NCBI GenBank assembly: GCA_964016885.1
Contig: OZ024743.1
Coordinates: forward strand, 136,276,001-136,340,000
Source: Eledone cirrhosa
Taxonomy: Eukaryota
Length of the DNA stretch: 64,000 bases
Direction of reading: 5' to 3'
Shown here: one piece after another, positions 25,901 to 36,200 of the stretch
Position numbering within the stretch: the first letter of the stretch is position 1
Layout: every line of letters begins with the position of its first letter
Translations under genes and position numbers: made by a program
Notes under the pieces: generated by a model
What the model saw: the letters and a program-made list of their open reading frames with translations, nothing else
What the model was told of the DNA's origin: nothing
The model's database searches: none

Positions 25901-28900
25901 TCTTTGGTGGTTGGTGTTTGCTGTTTGGTGCTTGGTGCTTGGTGCTTGGTTTTTGGTGCTTGGTGCTTGGTGCTTGGTGTTTGGTGCTTGGGGCTTGGCC
26001 TTTGGTGCTTGGTGTTTGCTGTTTGGTGTTTGGTGTTTGTGCTTGGTGCTTGGTGCTTGGTGTTTGGTGCTAGGTGCTTGACGCTTGGCGTTTGGTGCTT
26101 GGTGCTTGGTGCTTGGTGATTAGTGTTTGGTGCTTGGTGCTTGGGGTTTGGTGTTTGGTATTTGCTGTTTGGTGTTTGCTGTATGGTGTTTGCTGTTTTG
26201 TGTTTCGTGTTTGCTGTTTGGTGTTTGGTGCTTGGTGCTTGGTGCTTGGTGTTTCGTGCTTGGTGCTTGGTGCTTGGTGTTTGGCGTTTGCTGTTTGCTG
26301 TTTGGTGTTTGGTGTTTGCTGTTTGGTGTTTGCTGTTTGGTGTTTGGTGCTTGGTGCTTGGTGGCTGGTGTTTGGTGCTTGGTGTTTGGATTTTGGTGCT
26401 TGGTGCTTGGTGCCTGGTGTTTCGTGCTTGGTGCTTGGTGCTTGGTGTTTGGTGTTTGGTGCTTGGTGTTTGGTATTTGGTGCTTGGTGCTTGGTGCTTG
26501 GTGTTTGGTGCTTGGTGCTTGGTGCTTGGTGTTTGATGCTGCGTGCTTGGTGTTCGGTGTTTGGTGCTTGATGCTTGGTGTTTGTTGTTTGGAGCTTGGT
26601 GCCTGGTGCTTGTTGTTTGGTGCCTCGTGCTTGTTGTTTGGTGTTTGGTGCTTGGTGCTTGGTGTTTGGTGCTTGGTGCTTGGTGCTTGGTGTTCGGTGC
26701 TTGGTGCTTGGTGTTTGGTGCTTGGTGCTTGGTGTTTGGTGCTTGGTGTTTGGTGCTTGGTGCTTGGTGCTTGGTGCTTGGTGTTAGGTGTTTGGTGCTT
26801 GGTGCTTGGTGTTTGATGTTTGGTCCTTGGTGCTTGGTGTTTGGTGTTTGGTGCTTGGTGCTTGGTGTTTGGTGTTTGGTGCTTGCTGCTTGGTGCTTGG
26901 TGTTTTGTGTTTGGAGTTTGGTGTTTGGTGTTTGGTGCTTCGGTCTTGGTGCTTGGTGTTTGGTGCTTGGTGCTTGGTGTTTGGTGCTTGGTGCCTGGTG
27001 CTTGTTGTTTGGTGCTTGGTGCTTGGTGTTTGATGATTGGTGCTTGGTGTTTGGTGCTTGGTGCTTGGTGCTTGGTGTTAGGTGTTTGGTGCTTTGTGCT
27101 TGGTGTTTGATGTTTGGTCCTTGGTGCTTGGTGTTTGGTGTTTGGTGCTTGGTGCTTGGTGTTTGGTGTTTGGTGCTTGGTGCTTGGTGTTTGGTGCTTG
27201 CTGCTTGCTGCTTGGGTTTTGGTGCTTGGTGATTGGTGCTTGGTGTTTTGTGCTTGGTGCTTGGTGTTTGGTGTTTGGTGTTTGGTGCTTGGTGCTTGGT
27301 GCTTGGTGCTTGGTGCTTGGTGTTTGGTGCTGCGTGCTTGGTGTTTGGTGTCTGGAGTTTGGTGCTTGGTGCTTGGTGCCTGGTGTTTCGTGCTTGGTGC
27401 TTGGTGCTTGGTGTTTGGTGTTTGGTGCTTGGTGTTTGGTGTTTGGTACTTGGTGTTTGGTGCTTGGTGCCTGGTGCTTGGTGTTTGGTGCTTGGTGCTT
27501 GGTGTTTGGTGATTGGTGCTTGGTGTTTGGTGATTGGTGCTTGATGCTTGGTGCTTGGTGTTAGGTGTTTGGTGCTTGGTGCTTGGTGTTTGATGTTTGG
27601 TCCTTGGTGCTTGGTGTTTGGTGTTTGGTGCTTGGTGCTTGGTGTTTGGTGTTTGGTGCTTGCTGCTTGCTGCTTGGTGTTTGGTGCTTGGTGATTGGTG
27701 CTTGGTGTTTTGTGCTTGGTGCTTGGTGTTTGGTGTTTGGTGCTAGGGGCTTAGTGCTTGGTGCTTGGTGTTTGGTGCTTGGTGCTTGCTGTTTGGTGTT
27801 TGGTGCTTGGTGCGTGGGACTTAGTGTTTGGTGTTTGGTGCTTGGTGTTTGGTGCTTGGTGTTTGGGGCTTGGTGTTCGGTGCTTGGTGCTTGGTGCTTG
27901 GGGCTTGGTGTTTGTTGTTTGGTGCTTGGTGCTTGGTCTTTGGTGCTTGGTGTTTGGTGTTTGGTGCTTGGTGCTTGGTGCTTGGTTTTTGGTGCTTGGT
28001 GCTTGGTGCTTGGTGTTTGGTGCTTGGTGCTTGGTGCTTGTTGTTTGGTGCTTGGTGCTTGGTCTTTGGTGCTTGGTGTTTGGTGTTTGGTGCTTGGTGC
28101 TTGGTGTTTGGTGCTTGGTGCCTGGTGTTTAGTGTTTGGTGCTTGGTGCTTGGTGTTTGGTGATTGGTGCTTGGTGCTTGGTGCTTAGTGCTTGGTGTTT
28201 GGTGTTTGGTGCTTGGTGTTTGGTGTTTGGTGTTTGATGCTTGGTTTTTGCTGCTTGGTGCTTGGTGCCTGGTGCTTGGTGCTTGGTGCTTGTTGTTTGG
28301 TGCTTGGTGCTTGGTTATTAGTCTTTGGTGCTTGGTGCTTGGTGTTTGGTGTTTCGTGCTTCGTGTCTAGTGTTTGGGTTTTGGTGTTTGGTGTTTGCTG
28401 TATGGTGTTTGCTGTTTCGTGTTTGGTGCTTCGTGCTTGGTGCTTGGTGTTTGGTGCATGGTGCTTGGTGTTTGAGGCTTGGTGCCTGGTGCTTTGTGTT
28501 TGGTGCTAGGTGCTTGGTGCTTGGTCTTTGGTGTTTGGTGCTTGGTGCTTGGTGCTTGGTGTTTGGTGCTTGGTGCTTGGTGCTTGGTTATTAGTGTTTG
28601 GTGCTTGGTGCTTGGGGTTTGGTGTTTGGTGCTTGGTGCTTGGTGTTTGGTGTTTGCTGTATGGTGTTTGCTGTTTCGTGTTTGGTGTTTGCTGTTTGGT
28701 GTTTAATGCTTGGTGCTTCGTGCTTGGTGTTTGGTGCTTGGTGCTTGGTGCTTGGTGCTTGGCGTTTGCTCTTTGCTGTTTGGTGTTTGGTGCTTGCTGT
28801 TTGGTGTTTGGTGTTTGGTGTTTGGTGTTTGGTGCTTGCTGTTTGGTGCTTGGTGCTTGGTGTTTGGTGTTTGGTGTTTGGTACTTGGTGCTTGGTGTTT

Positions 28901-31900
28901 GGTGCTTGGTGCTTGGTGCTGGGTGTTTGGTGCTTGTTGCTTGGTGTTTGGTGCTTGGTGCTTGATGCTTGGTGCTTGGTGTTTGGTCCTTGGTGCTTGG
29001 TGCTTGGTCTTTGGTGCTTGGGGTTTGGTGTTTGGTGCTTGGTGCTTGGTGTTTGGTGTTTCGTGCTTGGTGCTTGGTGCTTGGTGTTTGGCGTTTGCTG
29101 TTTGCTGTTTGGTGTTTGGTGTTTGCTATTTGGTGTTTGCTGTTCGGTGTTTGGTGCTTGGTGCTTGGTGGCTGGTGTTTGGTGCTTGGTGTTTGAATTT
29201 TGGTGCTTGGTGCTTGGTGCCTGGTGTTTCGTGCTTGGTGCTTGGTGCTTGGTGTTTGGTGTTTGGTGCTTGGTGTTTGGTATTTGGTGCTTGGTGCTTG
29301 GTGCTTGGTGTTTGGTGCTTGGTGCTTGGTGCTTGGTGTTTGATGCTGCGTGCTTGGTGTTTGGTGTTTGGTGCTTGATGCTTGGTGTTTGTTGTTTGGA
29401 GCTTGGTGCCTGGTGCTTGTTGTTTGGTGCCTCGTGCTTGGTGCTTGGTGTTTGGTGCTTGGTGCTTGGTGTTTGGTGCTTGGTGCTTGGTGCTTGGTGT
29501 TTGTTGCTTGGTGCTTGGTGCTTGGTGCTTGGTGCTTGGTGTTAGGTGTTTGGTGCTTGGTGCTTGGTGTTTGATGTTTGGTCCTTGGTGCTTGGTGTTT
29601 GGTGTTTGGTGCTTGGTGCTTGGTGTTTGGTGTTTGGTGCTTGGTGCTTGGTGCTTGGTGTTTTGTGTTTGAAGTTTGGTGCTTGGTGTTTGGTGCTTCG
29701 GTCTTGGTGCTTGGTGTTTGGTGCTTGGTGCTTGGTGTTTGGTGCTTGTTGCCTGGTGCTTGTTGTTTGGTGCTTGGTGCTTGGTGTTTGATGATTGGTG
29801 CTTGGTGTTTGGTGCTTGGTGCTTGGTGCTTGGTGTTAGGTGTTTGGTGCTTGGTGCTTGGTGTTTGATGTTTGGTCCTTGGCGCTTGGTGTTTGGTGTT
29901 TGGTGCTTGGTGCTTGGTGTTTGGTGTTTGGTGCTTGGTGCTTGGTGTTTGGTGCTTGCTGCTTGCTGCTTGGGTTTTGGTGCTTGGTGATTGGTGCTTG
30001 GTGTTTTGTGCTTGGTGCTTGGTGTTTGGTGTTTGGTGTTTGGTACTTGGTGCTTGGTGCTTGGTGCTTGGTGCTTGGTGTTTGGTGCTGCGTGCTTGGT
30101 GTTTGGTGTCTGGAGTTTGGTGCTTGGTGCTTGGTGCCTGGTGTTTCGTGCTTGGTGCTTGGTGCTTGGTGTTTGGTGTTTGGTGCTTGGTGTTTGGTGT
30201 TTGGTACTTGGTGTTTGGTGCTTGGTGCCTGGTGCTTGGTGTTTGGTGCTTGGTGCTTGGTGTTTGGTGATTGGTGCTTGGTGTTTGGTGATTGGTGCTT
30301 GATGCTTGGTGCTTGGTGTTAGGTGTTTGGTGCTTGGTGCTTGGTGTTTGATGTTTGGTCCTTGGTGCTTGGAGTTTGGTGTTTGGTGCTTGGTGCTTGG
30401 TGTTTGGTGTTTGGTGCTTGCTGCTTGCTGCTTGGTGTTTGGTGCTTGGTGATTGGTGCTTGGTGTTTTGTGCTTGGTGCTTGGTGTTTGGTGTTTGGTG
30501 CTAGGGGCTTAGTGCTTGGTGCTTGGTGTTTGGTGCTTGGTGCTTGCTGTTTGGTGTTTGGTGCTTGGTGCGTGGGACTTAGTGTTTGGTGTTTGGTGCT
30601 TGGTGTTTGGTGCTTGGTGTTTGGGGCTTGGTGTTCGGTGCTTGGTGCTTGGTGCTTGGGGCTTGGTGTTTGTTGTTTGGTGCTTGGTGCTTGGTCTTTG
30701 GTGGTTGGTGTTTGCTGTTTGGTGCTTGGTGCTTGGTGCTTGGTTTTTGGTGCTTGGTGCTTGGTGCTTGGTGTTTGGTGCTTGGTGCTTGGTGCTTGTT
30801 GTTTGGTGCTTGGTGCTTGGTCTTTGGTGCTTGGTGTTTGGTGTTTGGTGCTTGGAGCTTGGTGTTTGGTGCTTGGTGCCTGGTGTTTAGTGTTTGGTGA
30901 TTGGTGCTTGGTGTTTGGTGATTGGTGCTTGGTGCTTGGTGCTTAGTGCTTGGTGTTTGGTGTTTGGTGCTTGGTGTTTGGTGTTTGGTGTTTGATGCTT
31001 GGTTTTTGCTGCTTGGTGCTTGGTGCTTGGTGCTTGGTGTTCTGTGTTTGGTGCTTGGTGCTTGGTGCCTGGTGCTTGGTGCTTGGTGCTTGTTGTTTGG
31101 TGCTTGGTGCTTGGTTATTAGTCTTTGGTGCTTGGTGCTTGGTGTTTGGTGTTTCGTGCTTGGTGTCTAGTGTTTGGGTTTTGGTGTTTGGTGTTTGCTG
31201 TATGGTGTTTGCTGTTTCGTGTTTGGTGCTTCGTGCTTGGTGCTTGGTGTTTGGTGCATGGTGCTTGGTGTTTGAGGCTTGGTGCCTGGTGCTTTGTGTT
31301 TGGTGCTAGGTGCTTGGTGCTTGGTCTTTGGTGTTTGGTGCTTGGTGCTTGGTGCTTGGTGTTTGGTGCTTGGTGCTTGGTGCTTGGTTATTAGTGTTTG
31401 GTGCTTGGTGCTTGGGGTTTGGTGTTTGGTGCTTGGTGCTTGGTGTTTGGTGTTTGCTGTATGGTGTTTGCTGTTTCGTGTTTGGTGTTTGCTGTTTGGT
31501 GTTTAATGCTTGGTGCTTGGTGCTTGGTGTTTGGTGCTTGGTGCTTGGTGCTTGGTGCTTGGCGTTTGCTCTTTGCTGTTTGGTGTTTGGTGCTTGCTGT
31601 TTGGTGTTTGGTGTTTGGTGTTTGGTGCTTGCTGTTTGGTGCTTGGTGCTTGGTGTTTGGTGTTTGGTGTTTGGTGCTTGGTGCTTGGTGTTTGGTGCTT
31701 GGTGCTTGGTGCTGGGTGTTTGGTGCTTGTTGCTTGGTGTTTGGTGCTTGGTGCTTGATGCTTGGTGCTTGGTGTTTGGTCCTTGGTGCTTGGTGCTTGG
31801 TCTTTGGTGCTTGGGGTTTGGTGTTTGGTGCTTGGTGCTTGGTGTTTGGTGCTTGGTGCTTGGTGCTTGGTGTTTGGTGTTTGGTGCTTGCTGCTTGGTG

Positions 31901-32100
31901 CTTGGTGTTTGGTGCTTGGTGCTTGGTGATTAGTGTTTGGTGCATGGTGCTTGGTGTTTGTTGTTTGGTGCTTGGTGCTTGGTGTTTGGTGCTTGGTGCT
32001 TGCTGTTTGTTGGTGGTGTTTGGTGCTTGGTGCTTGGTGTTTGGTGTTTGGTGTTTGGTGTTTGGTGTTTGGTGTTTGGTGTTTGGTGTTTGGTGCTTGC
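13960..32100 (+). repeat. Long-range HOR copies: the block starting at about 14.0 kb recurs at +7229/7236 and +12023/12030
   Basis: ORF-track pairs are 14044/21280/26074, 15542/22771/27565, 18293/25529/30323, 19368/31398 and 19903/31933. The rare junction GCTGTTTGTTGGTGGTGTT occurs at 19972 and 32002. Confidence 0.85.
21190..30777 (+). repeat. Tandem 4794-bp HOR, two near-identical copies (about 21190-25983 and about 25984-30777)
   Basis: The start marker GGGGCTTGGCCTTTGG lies at about 21196 and 25990. The offset stays at 4794 across ORF-track entries 21280/26074, 22771/27565, 23804/28598 and 25529/30323. Only a few private substitutions were seen. Confidence 0.93.
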
Positions 32101-33239
32101 TGTTTGGTGCTTGGTGTTTGGTGCTTGGTGTATGTACTTGGTGCTTGGTGCTTGGTGTTTGGTGCTTGGTTCTTGGTGTTTGGTGCTTGGTGCTTGGTGC
32201 TTGGTTTTTGGTGCTTGGTGCTTGGTATTTGGTACTTGGTGCTTGGTGTTTGGTGTTTTTGTGCTTGGTGTTTGGTGCTTGGTGCTTGGTGCTTGGTGTT
32301 AAGTGTTTGGTGCTTGGTGCTGGTGTTTGGTGCTTCGTGCTTGGTGCTTGGTGTTTGGTGCATGGTGCTTGATGTTTGGGGCTTGGTGCCTGGTGCTTGT
32401 TGTTTGGTGCTTGGTGCTTGGGGCTTGGTGTTTGGTGTTTGGTGCTTGGTGTTCGGTGGTTGGTGCTTGGTGCTTGGTACTTGGTGTTAGGTTTTTGGTG
32501 CTTGGGGCTTGGTGTTTGATGTTTGGTCCTTGGTGCTTGGTGTTTGGTGTTTGGTGCTTGGTGCTCGGTGTTTCGTGTTTGGTGCTTGCTGCTTGCCGCT
32601 TGGTGTTTGGTGCTTGGTGATTGGTGCTTGGTGTTTGGTGCTTGGTGGTTGGTGCTTGGTGTTTGGTGTTTGGTGCTAGGCGTTTGGTGCTTGGTGTTTG
32701 GTGCTTGGTGCTTGGTGTTTGCTGTTTGGTGCTTGGGGCTTGGGGCTTGGTGTTTGGTGCTTGCTGCCTGGTGTTTGGTGCTTGGTGCTTGGTGCTTGGT
32801 GTTTGGTGTTTGGTGTTTGGTGCTTGGTGTTTGGTGCTTGGTGCTTGGTGCTGGGTGGTTGATGTTTGGTGCTTGGTGCTTGGTGTTTGGTGCTTGGTGC
32901 TTGGTACTTATTGTTTGGTGTTTGGTGCTTGGTGCTTGGTGTTTGGTGCTTGGTGCTTGGTGCTTGGTGTTTGGTGCTTGGTGCTTGGTGTTTGGTGCTT
33001 GGTGCTTGGTGTTTGGTGCTTGGTGTTTGGTGCTTGGTGCTTGGTGCTTGGTGCTTGGTGTTAGGTGTTTGGTGCTTGGTGCTTGGTGTTTGATGTTTGG
33101 TCCTTGGTGCTTATTGTTTGGTGTTTGGTGCTTGGTGCTTGGTGTTTGGTGCTTGGTGCTTGGTGCTTGGTGTTTGGTGCTTGGTGCTTGGTGTTTGGTG
33201 CTTGGTGCTTGGTGTTTGGTGCTTGGTGTTTGGTGCTTG

Positions 33240-36200
33240 GTGCTTGGTGCTTGGTGCTTGGTGTTAGGTGTTTGGTGCTTGGTGCTTGGTGTTTGATGTT
33301 TGGTCCTTGGTGCTTGGCGCTTGGTGTCTGGTGTTTGGTGCTTGGTGTTTGGATTTTGGTGCTTGGTGCTTGGTGCCTGGTGTTTCGTGCTTGGTGCTTG
33401 GTGCTTGGTGTTTGGTGTTTGGTGCTTGGTGTTTGGTGTTTGGTATTTGGTGCTTGGTGCTTGGTGCTTGGTGTTTGGTGCTTGGTGCTTGGTGCTTGGT
33501 GTTTGATGCTGCGTGCTTGGTGTTTGGTGTTTGGTGCTTGGTGCTTGGTGTTTGGTGTTTGGAGCTTGGTGCCTGGTGCTCGTTGTTTGGTGCCTGGTGC
33601 TTGTTGTTTGGTGTTTGGTGCTTGGTGCTTGGTGTTTGGTGCTTGGTGCTTGGTGCTTGGTGTTTGGTGCTTGGTGCTTGGTGTTTGGTGCTTGGTGCTT
33701 GGTGTTTGGTGCTTGGTGTTTGGTGCTTGGTGCTTGGTGCTTGGTGCTTGGTGTTAGGTGTTTGGTGCTTGGTGCTTGGTGTTTGATGTTTGGTCCTTGG
33801 TGCTTGGTGTTTGGTGTTTGGTGCTTGGTGCTTGGTGTTTGGTGTTTGGTGCTTGCTGCTTGGTGCTTGGTGCTTGGTGTTTGGTGCTTCGGTCTTGGTT
33901 CTTGGTGTTTGGTGCTTGGTGCTTGGTGTTTGGTGCTTGGTGCCTGGTGCTTGGTGTTTGGTGCTTGGTGCTTGGTGTTTGGTGCTTGGTGCTTGGTGCT
34001 TATTGTTTGGTGCTTGGTGCTTGGTGCTTGGTGCTTAGTCTTTGGTGCTTGGTGTTTGGTGTTTGGTGTTTGTGCTTGGTGCTTGGTGCTTGGTGTTTGG
34101 TGCTAGGTGCTTGACGCAGTGTGTTTGGTGCTTGGTGCTTGGTGCTTGGTGATTAGTGTTTGGTGCTTGGTGCTTGGGGTTTGGTGTTTGGTGTTTGCTG
34201 TTTGGTGTTTGCGGTTTGGTGTCTGCTTTTTGGTGTTTGGTGTTTGCTGTATGGTGTTTGCTGTTTTGTGTTTCGTGTTTGCTGTTTGGTGTTTGGTGCT
34301 TGGTGCTTGGTGCTTGGTATTTGGTGCTTGGTGCTTGGTGCTTGGTGTTTGGCGTTTGCTGTTTGCTGTTTGCTGTTTGGTGTTTGCTGTTTGGTGTTTG
34401 CTGTTTGGTGTTTGGTGCTTGGTGCTTGGTGGCTGGTGTTTGGTGCTTGGTGTTTGGATTTTGGTGCTTGGTGCTTGGTGCCTGCTGTTTCGTGCTTGGT
34501 GCTTGGTGCTTGGTGTTTGGTGTTTGTTGCTTGGTGTTTGGTGTTTGGTATTTGGTGCTCGGTGCTTGGTGCTTGGTGTTTGGTGCTTGGTGCTTGGTGC
34601 TTGGTGTTTGATGCTGCGTGCTTGGTGTTTGGTGTTTGGTGCTTGGTGCTTGGTGTTTGGTGTTTGGAGCTTGGTGCCTGGTGCTTGTTGTTTGGTGCCT
34701 GGTGCTTGTTGTTTGGTGTTTGGTGCTTGGTGCTTGGTGTTTGGTGCTTGGTGCTTGGTGCTTGGTGTTTGGTGCTTGGTGCTTGGTGTTTGGTGCTTGG
34801 TGCTTGGTGTTTGGTGCTTGGTGTTTGGTGCTTGGTGCTTGGTGCTTGGTGCTTGGTGTTAGGTGTTTGGTGCTTGGTGCTTGGTGTTTGATGTTTGGTC
34901 CTTGGTGCTTGGTGTTTGGTGTTTGGTGCTTGGTGCTTGGTGTTTGGTGTTTGGTGCTTGCTACTTGGTGCTTGGTGCTTGGTGTTTGGTGCTTCGGTCT
35001 TGGTGCTTGGTGTTTGGTGCTTGGTGCTTGGTGTTTGGTGCTTGGTGCCTGGTGCTTGGTGTTTGGTGCTTGGTGTTTGGTGTTTGGTGATTGGTGTTTG
35101 GTGTTTGGTGCTTGGTGCTTGGTGCTTGGTGTTAGGTGTTTGGTGCTTGGTGCTTGGTGTTCGATGTTTGATCCTTGGTGCTTGGTGTTTGGTGTTTGGT
35201 GCTTGGTGCTTGGTGTTTGGTGTTTGGTGCTTGGTGCTTGGTGTTTGGTGCTTGCTGCTTGCTGCTTGGGTTTTGGTGCTTGGTGATTGGTGCTTGGTGT
35301 TTTGTGCTTGGTGCTTGGTGTTTGGTGTTTGGTGTTTGGTGCTTGGTGCTTGGTGCTTGGTGTTTGGTGCTTGGTGATTGGTGCTTGGTGTTTGGTGCTG
35401 CGTGCTTGGTGTTTGGTGTCTGGAGTTTGGTGCTTGGTGCTTGGTGCCTGGTGTTTCGTGCTTGGTGCTTGGTGTTTGGTGCTTGGTGCTTGGTGTTTGG
35501 TGTTTGGTACTTGGTGTTTGGTGCTTGGTGCCTGGTGCTTGGTGTTTGGTGCTTGGTGCCTGGTGTTTGGTGATTGGTGCTTGGTGTTTGGTGATTGGTG
35601 CTTGATGCTTGGTGCTTGGTGTTAGGTGTTTGGTGCTTGGTGCTTGGTGTTTGATGTTTGGTCCTTGGTGCTTGGTGTTTGGTGTTTGGTGCTTGGTGCT
35701 TGGTGTTTGGTGTTTGGTGCTTGCTGCTTGCTGCTTGGTGTTTGGTGCTTGGTGATTGGTGCTTGGTGTTTTGTGCTTGGTGCTTGGTGTTTGGTGTTTG
35801 GTGCTAGGGGCTTAGTGCTTGGTGGTTGGTGTTTGGTGCTTGGTGCTTGCTGTTTGGTGTTTGGTGCTTGGTGCGTGGGACTTAGTGTTTGGTGTTTGGT
35901 GCTTGGTGTTTGGTGCTTGGTGTTTGGGGCTTGGTGTTCGGTGCTTGGTGCTTGGTGCTTGGGGCTTGGTGTTTGTTGTTTGGTGCTTGGTGCTTGGTCT
36001 TTGGTGCTTGGTGTTTGGTGTTTGGTGCTTGGTGCTTGGTGTTTGGTGCTTGGTGCCTGGTCTTTAGTGTTTGGTGCTTGGTGCTTGGTGTTTGGTGATT
36101 GGTGCTTGGTGTTTGGTGTTTGGTGTTTGATGCTTGGTTTTTGCTGCTTGGTGCTTGGTGCTTGGTGCTTGGTGTTCTGTGTTTGGTGCTTGGTGCTTGG

